Positions 19,004-28,378 of a DNA stretch of 64,000 nucleotides are shown piece after piece. The position numbers were made by a program, and so were the translations under genes. The stretch spans positions 3,022 through 67,021 of the forward strand of contig JAVWZM010000001.1 of the NCBI GenBank assembly GCA_036661035.1, written 5' to 3'. The stretch's first letter is position 1. Each line of letters opens with the position of its first letter. The notes below the pieces were generated by a model, which saw only the letters and a list, made by a program, of their open reading frames with translations, ran no database searches and was not told the DNA's origin. Source of the stretch: Oscillospiraceae bacterium. Its GTDB lineage: Bacteria; Bacillota; Clostridia; Oscillospirales; Ruminococcaceae.

Positions 19004-20390
19004 TATGACACCAATTAAATGCCCAATGCCCGTGCAAGACGCGGACAAGCGCAACAAAAACTTTAGCGAGGTTGCCCTTGGATATACAGAGGAAATGGCA
19101 GTAGGAGAGGCAAAACGCTGCCTTAACTGCCCCAAAAAGCCATGTCGCTCGGGCTGCCCTGTGGGCATTGATATTCCTGCCTTTATAATGAAAGTGGCAG
19201 AGCGCGATTTTGAGGGCGCGTATGAAATATTATCGGCGCAAAGCGCGCTGCCTGCCGTTTGCGGCCGAGTGTGCCCACAGGAGAGCCAGTGCGAGGGCAA
19301 ATGTGTGCGCGCAGTAAAAGGCGAAAGCGTGGGCATCGGCCGTTTGGAACGCTTTGTGGCAGATTATCACAGCGAACATTCCGATAAAAAGCCTGCTGTT
19401 CCTACACAGAACGGGCATAAAGTTGCAATAGTCGGCTCAGGCCCATCGGGGCTTACGGCGGCAGGGGAGCTTGCAAAGCTAGGCTACGAGGTAAGCGTAT
19501 ACGAGGCTCTGCACACAGCGGGGGGCGTATTGGTATACGGCATACCTGAGTTTCGTCTGCCAAAGGCAATTGTCCAACGCGAGATAGACGGTCTGCGCGA
19601 TATGGGCGTAAAAATAGAAACAAATATGGTAATAGGAAAAATACTAACCATTGACGAACTGTTTCAAATGGGCAACGAGGCTGTGTTTATCGGCTCAGGC
19701 GCAGGGCTGCCTCGCTTTATGAATATACCCGGCGAAAGCTTAAAGGGCGTATATTCCGCCAACGAATTTTTAACGCGAATTAATTTGATGAAGGCGTATA
19801 AAGAGGGCAGTAAAACCCCTGTAATGCACGCCAAAAATGTTGCGGTAGTGGGCGGAGGCAACGTGGCAATGGACGCTGCACGCTGCGCACTGCGCATGGG
19901 CGCGGAAAATGTATACACAGTGTATCGCCGCGGTATGGAGGAGCTACCTGCACGTCTTGAGGAAGTGGAGCATGCCATAGAGGAGGGTGTAATATTTAAA
20001 ACCCTCTCTAACCCCATAGAGGTGCTTGGCGACGAAAACGGCTGTGTGCGAGCCATGCGCTGCAACGAAATGATGCTGGGCGAAGCGGACGAATCCGGCA
20101 GGCGCAGCCCTGTAACTAAGCCAAACAGCGAATTTTTGCTTGAAACCGATTGTATGATTATGAGCATTGGCACGTCGCCAAACCCATTAATCAGCAGCAC
20201 CACACCGGGGCTTGCAATAAACCGCAAGGGTTGCATTATCACAAACGGAGATGACGGCCTTACAGCGCGTGAGGCAGTGTATGCAGGCGGAGATGCGGTA
20301 ACAGGCGCCGCCACTGTAATATTGGCAATGGGCGCGGGCAAGAACGCGGCAGCCGCAATAGATAAATACATCAAGGATAAAGAAAAATAA
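18996..20390 (+). CDS. nfnB: NfnB / glutamate synthase small-chain-like NADPH-dependent oxidoreductase
   Basis: 464 aa with Fe-S Cys clusters (CLNCPKKPC...C), VAIVGSGPSGLTAAGELAKLGY and VVGGGNVAMDAAR dinucleotide motifs. Confidence 0.85.
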   Translation: MADMTPIKCPMPVQDADKRNKNFSEVALGYTEEMAVGEAKRCLNCPKKPCRSGCPVGIDIPAFIMKVAERDFEGAYEILSAQSALPAVCGRVCPQESQCEGKCVRAVKGESVGIGRLERFVADYHSEHSDKKPAVPTQNGHKVAIVGSGPSGLTAAGELAKLGYEVSVYEALHTAGGVLVYGIPEFRLPKAIVQREIDGLRDMGVKIETNMVIGKILTIDELFQMGNEAVFIGSGAGLPRFMNIPGESLKGVYSANEFLTRINLMKAYKEGSKTPVMHAKNVAVVGGGNVAMDAARCALRMGAENVYTVYRRGMEELPARLEEVEHAIEEGVIFKTLSNPIEVLGDENGCVRAMRCNEMMLGEADESGRRSPVTKPNSEFLLETDCMIMSIGTSPNPLISSTTPGLAINRKGCIITNGDDGLTAREAVYAGGDAVTGAATVILAMGAGKNAAAAIDKYIKDKEK

Positions 20391-20413
20391 GTTGCAAATA
20401 GCTTAAATAATCC

Positions 20414-20442
20414 TTGACAATAGCACAATCACAGGTTATACT
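20414..20442 (+). promoter_or_regulatory. promoter of the infC-rpmI-rplT operon
   Basis: TTGACA-17 nt-TATACT. Confidence 0.6.
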
Positions 20443-20612
20443 AAACAAGTAAATAAAGTAGTTTTGGCTTGCAGCCGCTCACCTTGTGTGCTTTTTGCAT
20501 CGGGTTTATTACGGAACTTATAGGTACACTTTAGTGTAATTTAGTTTGTTTTGTACGGCTTGCAGCATGCAGGCCGTACTTTTTTTAATTAAAAAAACGG
20601 AGGTGCTTTACG
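20443..20612 (+). promoter_or_regulatory. L20-leader-type transcription attenuator upstream of infC
   Basis: A ~170-nt untranslated leader ends in the hairpin GTACGGC...GCCGTAC (20553-20579) plus TTTTTTT, just before the infC SD. The position matches the Firmicutes L20 leader. Confidence 0.5.
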
Positions 20613-21137
20613 ATTAGCGCAAACAAAAAGGAACTGGAGATCAACGAAGACATTCGTGACAAAGAGGTGCGTCTTATTGACGCGGACGGCAGCCAGCTTG
20701 GCGTTGTATCCACTATGGACGCAATGAAATTGGCTGAAGACAAGAGCCTTGACCTTGTAAAAATTGCTCCGCAGGCAATACCGCCCGTATGTAAAATTAT
20801 GGATTACGGCAAGTATCGCTTTGAACTGCAAAAAAAGGATAAGGAAGCAAAGAAAAATCAAAAAGTTGTTGAAATAAAGGAAATCCGTCTATCCCTCAAC
20901 ATAGACTCGAACGACTTTAACACGAAGGTTGCACAGGCAATGAAATTCCTTGCCAAGGGCGACAAGGTGAAGACATCCATTCGTTTTCGTGGACGCGAGA
21001 TGGCGCATACGGAGCTGGGGCTAGAGGTGCATAAACGCTTTGCCGAGGCTATTCCGGACGCTATTGTCGAAAAGCAGCCAAAGCTTGAGGGACGCAGCAT
21101 GCAAATGTTCCTCACACCACCGCAGGCGAAAATTTAA
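20613..21137 (+). CDS. infC: translation initiation factor IF-3, ATT start codon
   Basis: An in-frame ATT at 20613 lies 7 nt after GGAGGTG and gives [26 protein letters not shown]..., the normal IF-3 N-terminus. The track start at 20667 would truncate it. Confidence 0.85.
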   Translation: MSANKKELEINEDIRDKEVRLIDADGSQLGVVSTMDAMKLAEDKSLDLVKIAPQAIPPVCKIMDYGKYRFELQKKDKEAKKNQKVVEIKEIRLSLNIDSNDFNTKVAQAMKFLAKGDKVKTSIRFRGREMAHTELGLEVHKRFAEAIPDAIVEKQPKLEGRSMQMFLTPPQAKI

Positions 21138-21151
21138 GGAGGATTACTAAT

Positions 21152-21349
21152 ATGCCTAAGATTAAAACACATTCAGGTGCAAAGAAACGCTTTAAACTCA
21201 CAAAGAACGGCAAAGTTAAGCGTGGTCATGCTTTTCGCAGCCACATTCTTACAAAGAAAACCACTAAGCTGAAGCGCGGTTTCCGCAAATCCGCATATGC
21301 CGACAAGACGAACGCAGCAGCAGTAAAAGCAATGCTACCGTACGCCTAG
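21152..21349 (+). CDS. rpmI: 50S ribosomal protein L35
   Basis: [24 protein letters not shown]... is canonical L35. Confidence 0.95.
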   Translation: MPKIKTHSGAKKRFKLTKNGKVKRGHAFRSHILTKKTTKLKRGFRKSAYADKTNAAAVKAMLPYA

Positions 21350-21392
21350 GCGAAAACTAAAAAATTATCAGCATTTAAAGGAGATATAGAAT

Positions 21393-21746
21393 ATGGCTCG
21401 TATCAAAGGCGCTGTAATGACGCGCAAAAGAAGGAAAAAAACACTAAAGCTTGCTAAAGGCTATTACGGCAGTAAATCTACACATTTTAAAATGGCTAAA
21501 CAGCAGGTTATGAAAAGCGGTAACTACGCTTTCGTCGGCCGTAAGCAGAAAAAACGTGATTTCCGCAGCCTGTGGATTACACGTATCAACGCTGCATGCC
21601 GCGCAGAGGGTATCAACTACTCTACATTTATGAACGGCCTGAAAAAAAGTGGCATAGAGCTTAACCGCAAAATGCTTTCTGAAATGGCTATCCATGACGC
21701 CGCCAGCTTTTCGGCTTTAATTGCCACAGCTAAGGCTGCAAAATAG
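21393..21746 (+). CDS. rplT: 50S ribosomal protein L20
   Basis: [29 protein letters not shown]... is canonical L20. Confidence 0.95.
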   Translation: MARIKGAVMTRKRRKKTLKLAKGYYGSKSTHFKMAKQQVMKSGNYAFVGRKQKKRDFRSLWITRINAACRAEGINYSTFMNGLKKSGIELNRKMLSEMAIHDAASFSALIATAKAAK

Positions 21747-21757
21747 AACAAATGTGA

Positions 21758-21795
21758 GCGCCCGCGCAGGATTGCCCGGGCGTCGCTTTGTATTT
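21758..21795 (+). terminator. terminator after rplT
   Basis: GC-rich stem GCGCCCG/CGGGCGT followed by CGCTTTGTATTT. Confidence 0.5.
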
Positions 21796-21922
21796 AGAGC
21801 ATATGCCAAAATAGGCGTTGCTTGCATGTAATTTGCATATGCATATGCAATACCACGCGCAATGCACTGCCTTTGAATAGGAAAAGCGATACAAATTTTC
21901 TGTAATTTAAAGGGGGCATTAA

Positions 21923-22696
21923 ATGGCAGATTTCATAAAAAGCCGCGATAACGAAAAAGTGAAGTATTATTGCAAGCTGCGAGATAATGCGGCCTTCCGT
22001 CACGAAGAAAACCTTTTTGTGGCAGAGGGCTTAAAGCTTTGCTCGGACATATCGGCGGTTATTCCGCCTGAAATGGTGTTTTATACCGAAAATGCGCAAA
22101 GCGCGGGCGAATACTTAGGCACGCAGCAATATTGTGTAGCTGACACTGTGGCTCAAAAGCTGTCGGACGTAAAAGCTCCACAGGGCGTTTTTTGCGTGTT
22201 TGCCATGCCAAAGCAAAATGCGCAAAGCCTTGCAAAGGGTAGCTGGCTTGCTCTTGAAAACGTGCAGGATCCTGCTAATGTAGGCGCAATATTGCGCAGT
22301 GCGGCGGCGTTTAATTATAAAGGCGTTATGCTTTCGGGCAAATGCGCTGATGTATATTGTGGCAAAGCGATACGCGCGTCCATGGGTGCCGCCGTAAAGC
22401 TTTCGGTGCTTACAGACTGCGATTTTAATGCGCTATTCCCTATTTTAAAAAAGCGTGGCGCGCTTACTCTTGCCGCCTGCCTTGAAAATTCTGTTCCTCT
22501 TGAAAGCGTAATGCCGAAACAGGGGCAAGACATTGTAATGGTAATAGGCAACGAGGGGCAGGGCATTACCGCCGAAACAAAGGCGATTTGCGACAAAGCC
22601 GTGCGCATACCCATTTCCGCCATGGTGGAATCGCTTAATGCGGCAGCGGCGGCAAGCATACTTTTGTGGCATTTTAGAGGGGAGGGCGGCATATGA
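21923..22696 (+). CDS. TrmH/SpoU family RNA 2'-O-methyltransferase
   Basis: LENVQDPANVGAILRSAAAF...VIGNEGQGI...IPISAMVESLNAAAAASILL are SpoU motifs. Confidence 0.85.
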   Translation: MADFIKSRDNEKVKYYCKLRDNAAFRHEENLFVAEGLKLCSDISAVIPPEMVFYTENAQSAGEYLGTQQYCVADTVAQKLSDVKAPQGVFCVFAMPKQNAQSLAKGSWLALENVQDPANVGAILRSAAAFNYKGVMLSGKCADVYCGKAIRASMGAAVKLSVLTDCDFNALFPILKKRGALTLAACLENSVPLESVMPKQGQDIVMVIGNEGQGITAETKAICDKAVRIPISAMVESLNAAAAASILLWHFRGEGGI

Positions 22697-23769
22697 GGCA
22701 AGAGGACTGGCTATGGTATGCGAATGTATTGGGGAATAATGCCCAAAATACAGGCGCAGTGCTTGCCCGATACGAAACGCCTGAGGCTTTATTATCGGCA
22801 AAAAACACAGTGCCGCAGGAGCTATCCGCCTCGCAGCTGGAGGTGCTGAATAGCACGTCACCAAGCGAATTCATTAAAACGGTAACCCAGTGTAAAAGCT
22901 TGGGCGTGGGCATTGTAAATTACAGTGAGCTGTCATATCCCGAGGCTCTGCGCGACATCACAAACCCACCGCCCGTGCTATATTATAAGGGCGATATTAC
23001 AATATTAAACAATTATTTTTTATTTGCGATTATCGGCACAAGACGCCCGTCGGGATACGGCATTGAGGTGACGAGAGATATCGCAAAGGTGCTTACCAAA
23101 GCAGGCGTGGTGCTTGTATCTGGGCTTGCAGAGGGGCTGGACAGCGAGGCGCATAAGGCCGCAATAGCCGAGGAGATGCCCACGGTGGCATGCCTTGCAT
23201 TTGGGCACAGCTACTGCTATCCTGCACAAAACCGCACATTAAAGGCAATAATAGAACAGGTGGGCGTTACTATCAGCGAATATCCGCCTGAGGTGTCACC
23301 ACAAAAAGCATATTTTTTAGCGCGCAACCGCATTATAGCAGGTATTTCGCGCGGCGTATGCGTGGCAGAGGCGCGCAGAGCGTCAGGCACTATGAACACA
23401 GTTGGCTTTGCGCTTGAATATGGCAAGGACATTTTCAGCGTACCGGGAAGTATTTATTCGCCCATGTCCGAGGGCACAAACGCCCTATTGCGTGAGGGCG
23501 CATCTCCGGTAACCTCGGCATCGGATATATTAGATGCATACGCAATATCTATTTCCAATATTAAAGAGGACACAGCACCCGTACTGGATTTTTCGTTCAG
23601 CGCAGATGCGGCAGAGGTAAAAATACATCTTTCGCCTATGCCAAAATCCATAGAGGTGCTTTGCAGTGAAACCAAGATGTCGCCTGCCAAGGTAATGGCG
23701 TGCTTAACAGAGCTTGAATTATCAGGTGCGGCAAAGCAGATTGCAGGCAGACAGTTTATTATACAATAG
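22693..23769 (+). CDS. dprA: DNA-processing protein DprA (Smf)
   Basis: IIGTRRPSGYG...VSGLAEGLDSEAHKAA...FLARNRIIAGIS...VVAEARRASGTMNT is the DprA Rossmann-like core. topA follows, as in many Firmicutes. Confidence 0.88.
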   Translation: MRQEDWLWYANVLGNNAQNTGAVLARYETPEALLSAKNTVPQELSASQLEVLNSTSPSEFIKTVTQCKSLGVGIVNYSELSYPEALRDITNPPPVLYYKGDITILNNYFLFAIIGTRRPSGYGIEVTRDIAKVLTKAGVVLVSGLAEGLDSEAHKAAIAEEMPTVACLAFGHSYCYPAQNRTLKAIIEQVGVTISEYPPEVSPQKAYFLARNRIIAGISRGVCVAEARRASGTMNTVGFALEYGKDIFSVPGSIYSPMSEGTNALLREGASPVTSASDILDAYAISISNIKEDTAPVLDFSFSADAAEVKIHLSPMPKSIEVLCSETKMSPAKVMACLTELELSGAAKQIAGRQFIIQ

Positions 23770-23803
23770 CCCTGTTATATAGCAACTTAACGTATGTTAG
23801 ATG

Positions 23804-23910
23804 GCGTTTTAAAGGTTGTAAACGCCTGAATATACACTCGCGGGGCGATTTTATGCGCAAGCCATAGGCTTATGCGCAATATAGCATTTTGACGAATGAT
23901 ATATTGTGAC
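23804..23910 (+). repeat. intergenic repeat family A copy (best-preserved)
   Basis: GCGTTTTAAAGGTTGTAAACGCCTGAATATACACTCGCGGGGCGATTTTATGCGCAAGCCATAGGCTTATGCGCAATATAGCATTTTGACGAATG, containing the hairpin GCGCAAGCC/GGCTTATGCGC. Confidence 0.8.
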
Positions 23911-23956
23911 ACAGGTCAAATCTTAAAAGGGAGCTTTCCCGGAAAGTAAGGAATAT

Positions 23957-26047
23957 ATGTCGAAATTAGTAATTGTGGAGTCGCCTGCAAAGGCAAAAAC
24001 CATAAGAAAATATTTAGGCGATGGCTTTGAAGTTACAGCGTCTATGGGGCATATCAGAGATTTGCCTAAAAGCCAGCTTGGCATTGATGTGGAGCATGAA
24101 TATGAGCCGCAATACATTAATATCAAGGGCAAAGAAAAGCTTATTAAAGAGCTGAAAACCGCCGCAAAGCAAAGCGACGAGGTGTTTTTGGCTACTGACC
24201 CTGACCGCGAGGGCGAGGCAATAAGCTGGCATTTAGCCAATCTACTTGGGCTGGACGTTACAAAAACAAACAGAGTAACCTTTGGCGAAATTACTAAAAA
24301 AGGCGTTACCACAGGTATGGCAAATCCACGCACCATTGACATGGATTTGTTCAACGCACAGCAAGCGCGCCGAATATTGGACAGGCTTGTGGGCTATAAG
24401 CTTTCGCCGTTTTTATGGCGTAAGGTGCGCAGGGGCCTATCCGCAGGGCGCGTGCAAAGCGTGGCAGTGCGTCTAATAGTGGATAGAGAAAAAGAAATAG
24501 AAGCGTTTATTCCCAAGGAATATTGGAATATAGACGCTGTTCTTACACCGGGCGGCGTGGCTAAAAAATTTACGGCACGCCTATTTAGCATGGCAAATGG
24601 CGACAAAATCGCCGTGGAATGTGAAAAAGATGCAAAAGCTATAGAAGATGCATTAAATGGTGCGGATTACATCGTGACAAAGGTGCATAAGGGCAGCCGC
24701 AAAAAAACGCCTGCACCTCCATTTATCACCTCCACATTACAGCAGGAGGCAAGCCGCCGCCTTGGCTTTACAGCCACACGCACCATGCGCGCAGCGCAAA
24801 CATTATATGAAGGCGTAGACATTCCGGGCGAGGGAACAATCGGTCTTATCACCTATATGCGTACAGATTCTTTGCGCATTTCAGACGAGGCTGTAGCCGA
24901 GGCAAAGGGCTATATCAGCGGCGAATACGGCGACAAATATGTGTATAACGATAAACGCGTGTATAAATCCAAAAACGCCACTGCCGCCCAAGATGCCCAT
25001 GAGGCTGTGCGCCCAACAATGCCCACATTAACACCCGACGAAGTGGAAAAGAGCCTTTCGGGCGATACCGCAAAGCTGTATCGTTTAATATGGAGCCGCT
25101 TTATCGCAAGCCAAATGACAGACTGTGAGATGGACACGGTTTCGGCAGATATTTCCGCCGCGGATTACATTTTCCGCGCAAGCGGCTTTGTGGTAACCTT
25201 CGACGGCTTTACCGCACTGTATGAGGAAGCGACAGAGGAAAAAGAAAAGAAAGAAACGGCATTGCCAGTGCTTAAAAAAGGCGACGAATTAAAGCTGAAA
25301 GAGCTTAAAAGCGAGCAGAAATTTACACAGCCGCCTGCCAGATACACTGAGGCGACGCTGATAAAATCCCTTGAGGAAAACGGCATTGGTCGCCCGTCTA
25401 CCTACGCGCCGATTATTACCACTATTATCGACCGCGATTATGTGGAGCGCGAGGCGAAAAAGCTAAAGCCCACCACCTTGGGGCTTGTTATCAACGATTT
25501 AATGATGGCGCAATTTCCAAATATCGTGGACGTTACTTTTTCCGCGCAAATGGAGCGCAACCTTGACACCGTGGAAAACGGCAAAGCAGAATGGCGCGAT
25601 GTTATAGATAATTTCTATCAAGATTTCGACAAAACCCTCAAAAAAGCAGAAGATGCAATGGAGGGGCAAAAGATAAAAGTGCCAGACGAAGAAACAGATG
25701 AAATATGCGAAACCTGTGGGCGCAAAATGGTGATTAAAACAGGGCGCTTTGGCAAGTTTTTGGCTTGCCCGGGCTTTCCTGAATGTAAAACCACAAAGCG
25801 GATTGTAAAAGACACAGGCGGCCTTTGCCCGCTTTGCGGCGGACGTATGCTGATACGCCGCAGTAAAAAAGGCAGAGTGTATTACGGCTGCGAAAAATAT
25901 CCAGAATGTGAATTTATGAGCTGGGACGAGCCAACGGCAGAGGTATGCCCCGAGTGCGGCAAATCGCTGTTTAAAAAAGGCGGCAAATCGGGCACTTTAT
26001 ACTGCGCCAAGGAGGGCTGCGGCTTTTCAAAGCCGTTTTCAAAATGA
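23957..26047 (+). CDS. topA: DNA topoisomerase I
   Basis: 696 aa with a Toprim N-terminus (LVIVESPAKAKTIRKYLG), the active-site region, and C-terminal CxxC zinc ribbons. Confidence 0.95.
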   Translation: MSKLVIVESPAKAKTIRKYLGDGFEVTASMGHIRDLPKSQLGIDVEHEYEPQYINIKGKEKLIKELKTAAKQSDEVFLATDPDREGEAISWHLANLLGLDVTKTNRVTFGEITKKGVTTGMANPRTIDMDLFNAQQARRILDRLVGYKLSPFLWRKVRRGLSAGRVQSVAVRLIVDREKEIEAFIPKEYWNIDAVLTPGGVAKKFTARLFSMANGDKIAVECEKDAKAIEDALNGADYIVTKVHKGSRKKTPAPPFITSTLQQEASRRLGFTATRTMRAAQTLYEGVDIPGEGTIGLITYMRTDSLRISDEAVAEAKGYISGEYGDKYVYNDKRVYKSKNATAAQDAHEAVRPTMPTLTPDEVEKSLSGDTAKLYRLIWSRFIASQMTDCEMDTVSADISAADYIFRASGFVVTFDGFTALYEEATEEKEKKETALPVLKKGDELKLKELKSEQKFTQPPARYTEATLIKSLEENGIGRPSTYAPIITTIIDRDYVEREAKKLKPTTLGLVINDLMMAQFPNIVDVTFSAQMERNLDTVENGKAEWRDVIDNFYQDFDKTLKKAEDAMEGQKIKVPDEETDEICETCGRKMVIKTGRFGKFLACPGFPECKTTKRIVKDTGGLCPLCGGRMLIRRSKKGRVYYGCEKYPECEFMSWDEPTAEVCPECGKSLFKKGGKSGTLYCAKEGCGFSKPFSK

Positions 26048-27348
26048 GTGAAAAGGTAAAAATAATCGGTGCAGGGCTTGCAGGCTGTGAGGCGGCGTTA
26101 TATCTTGCTAAAAAGGGCATTAAAGTAGAGCTTTACGAGCAAAAGCCACATAAATTTTCCCCTGCACATAAAACAGTGGGCTTTGCGGAATTGGTATGCT
26201 CTAATTCCCTGAAAGCAGACCGCCTTGCCAGTGCATCGGGCTTATTAAAAGCAGAAATGCAGCTTTTGGGTGGCACGCTTTTAAACATTGCCGAAACCTG
26301 CCGTGTGGCGGCAGGCGGTGCCCTTGCCGTGGATAGGGCAGAGTTTTCGGCGGCGGTAACAGCGGCTGTAAATGCAGAAGAAAACATTACCGTGCATCTT
26401 TGCGAGGTGGAAAGCCTAGACGAAAACAGTGGCATTACCTTGGTTGCCACAGGCCCCTTAACCGAGGGCGGCCTTGCAGAGGATATAAAGCGTCTTACAA
26501 GCGAGGACGCCTTGGCGTTTTTCGACGCGGCTGCGCCTATTATTACAGCCGAGTCCATAGATATGAACGAGGTTTTCGCGGCGTCACGCTACGAGCGCGG
26601 CGGTGCGGATTATCTAAACTGCCCCTTTGATAAGGCGGGTTACGATGCATTTTATGAGGCACTTGTTGCCGCCGAGCGTGCAGAGCTGCACGCTTTTGAT
26701 AAAGAGCCGGATGTTTTCGAGGGCTGTATGCCTGTAGAAATTATGGCAAGGCGCGGTGCCGACACCATGCGCTATGGCCCACTACGCCCCGTGGGGCTTG
26801 TCAACCCTAAAACAGGCCACCGCCCATGGGCAAATGTGCAGCTGCGCGCAGAGGATAAGGCATGCAGTATGTATAATATTGTAGGCTTTCAAACCAACCT
26901 TAAATTTGCCGAGCAAAAGCGAGTTTTTTCCATGATACCTGGGCTTGCCAATGCGGAATTTGTGCGCTACGGCGTAATGCATCGCAACACCTTTCTAAAT
27001 GCGCCAAAGCTGTTGTCAAAGGATTTATCCCTTAAATGCGCACCAAATGTGTTTTTTGCGGGGCAGATAACAGGCTTTGAGGGATATGTGGAAAGCATGG
27101 CATCGGGGCTTTTGGCAGCAAGGTTTATAATGGCGAGGTTAAACGCAGAGCCCATGCCGCTTTTGCCAAGGGGCACTATGTGTGGTGCGCTATTGCATTA
27201 TATAAGTGAGGAAAACTCTCATTTTCAGCCACTTGGCGCAAATATGGGCATATTGCCCCCTTGCGAAACGCGCATTAAAGATAAAAAGCTGCGGTATGAA
27301 GCAGTGGCGCAAAAGGCAATGGAAACTTTAAGCATGGCATTAAAATGA
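26044..27348 (+). CDS. trmFO: methylenetetrahydrofolate--tRNA-(uracil-5-)-methyltransferase TrmFO
   Basis: VKIIGAGLAGCEAALYLAKKGIKVELYEQKP...AELVCSNSLK is typical of TrmFO (Gid). It overlaps the topA stop. Confidence 0.9.
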   Translation: MSEKVKIIGAGLAGCEAALYLAKKGIKVELYEQKPHKFSPAHKTVGFAELVCSNSLKADRLASASGLLKAEMQLLGGTLLNIAETCRVAAGGALAVDRAEFSAAVTAAVNAEENITVHLCEVESLDENSGITLVATGPLTEGGLAEDIKRLTSEDALAFFDAAAPIITAESIDMNEVFAASRYERGGADYLNCPFDKAGYDAFYEALVAAERAELHAFDKEPDVFEGCMPVEIMARRGADTMRYGPLRPVGLVNPKTGHRPWANVQLRAEDKACSMYNIVGFQTNLKFAEQKRVFSMIPGLANAEFVRYGVMHRNTFLNAPKLLSKDLSLKCAPNVFFAGQITGFEGYVESMASGLLAARFIMARLNAEPMPLLPRGTMCGALLHYISEENSHFQPLGANMGILPPCETRIKDKKLRYEAVAQKAMETLSMALK

Positions 27349-27367
27349 ATATAATGGAGGTATATGC

Positions 27368-28378
27368 ATGAAAATTATTATAGACGCAATGGGCGGAGAT
27401 AACGCCCCAAAGGAAATATTACTTGGTGCAAGCGAGGCTGTAAAAGAATATGGCGTAGAAATCATAGCAGTGGGAAACAGCGACAAAATAGCAGATACAG
27501 TGCGCGAAAACTCCATTGATATGTCAAATATTCGTGTAGTAAACGCAAGCGAAGAAATAGAAATGTGCGACGAGCCCACTGCCGCAATCCGCAATAAAAA
27601 AGATTCGTCTATGGTAGTTGCTCTGCGTATGCTGGCGGCAGGCGATGGCGATGCCATGGTTAGCGCAGGCTCTACAGGTGCGCTTCTTACAGGCGCAACC
27701 TTGATAGTGAAACGCATTAAAGGCGTAAAACGCCCTGCAATAGCCACCATGGTACCTGCCACCGAAAAGCCGTATTTATTGCTGGACTGCGGCGCAAACG
27801 CCGAATGTCGCCCCGAAATGCTGGACGCTTTTGCAACCATGGGCAGTATTTATGCCGAAAAAATAGCGCACAGGAAAAATCCAGAGGTGGCACTTGTAAA
27901 TATCGGTGCGGAAGAAACCAAGGGCACACCCACTTATATAGAGGCAAATGCCCTTATGCGACGCAACAAGGACATTAATTTTATCGGCAATATCGAGCCA
28001 AAGGACGTGCCTTATGGCAAGGCAGATGTTGTGGTATGCGACGGCTTTACGGGCAATGTGGTTTTAAAGCTTACAGAGGGGCTTGCAAAGGCACTTGTGG
28101 GCGAAATAAAAAAAGTGTTTATGGCAAATTTATTTACGAAAATCGCGTTTTTAATAGTGAAAGACGGCATGAAGGCCTTTAAGAAAAAGCTGGACGCAGA
28201 CGAGGCGGGCGGCGCATTATTTTTAGGCGTAAAACAGCCTGTTATTAAGGCACACGGCTCCTCAGGTGCAAAGGCGTTTAAAAACGCCATTCGCCAAGCA
28301 AAGGAATGTGTTGAAAACGGAGTAATTGCCGATATGAGCGAGGCTTTAAAGGCGCGGGAGGTCGAGGACGAGGAATGA
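27368..28378 (+). CDS. plsX: phosphate acyltransferase PlsX
   Basis: MKIIIDAMGGDNAPKEILLGA...VSAGSTGALL...VCDGFTGNVVLK are PlsX motifs. Confidence 0.92.
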   Translation: MKIIIDAMGGDNAPKEILLGASEAVKEYGVEIIAVGNSDKIADTVRENSIDMSNIRVVNASEEIEMCDEPTAAIRNKKDSSMVVALRMLAAGDGDAMVSAGSTGALLTGATLIVKRIKGVKRPAIATMVPATEKPYLLLDCGANAECRPEMLDAFATMGSIYAEKIAHRKNPEVALVNIGAEETKGTPTYIEANALMRRNKDINFIGNIEPKDVPYGKADVVVCDGFTGNVVLKLTEGLAKALVGEIKKVFMANLFTKIAFLIVKDGMKAFKKKLDADEAGGALFLGVKQPVIKAHGSSGAKAFKNAIRQAKECVENGVIADMSEALKAREVEDEE

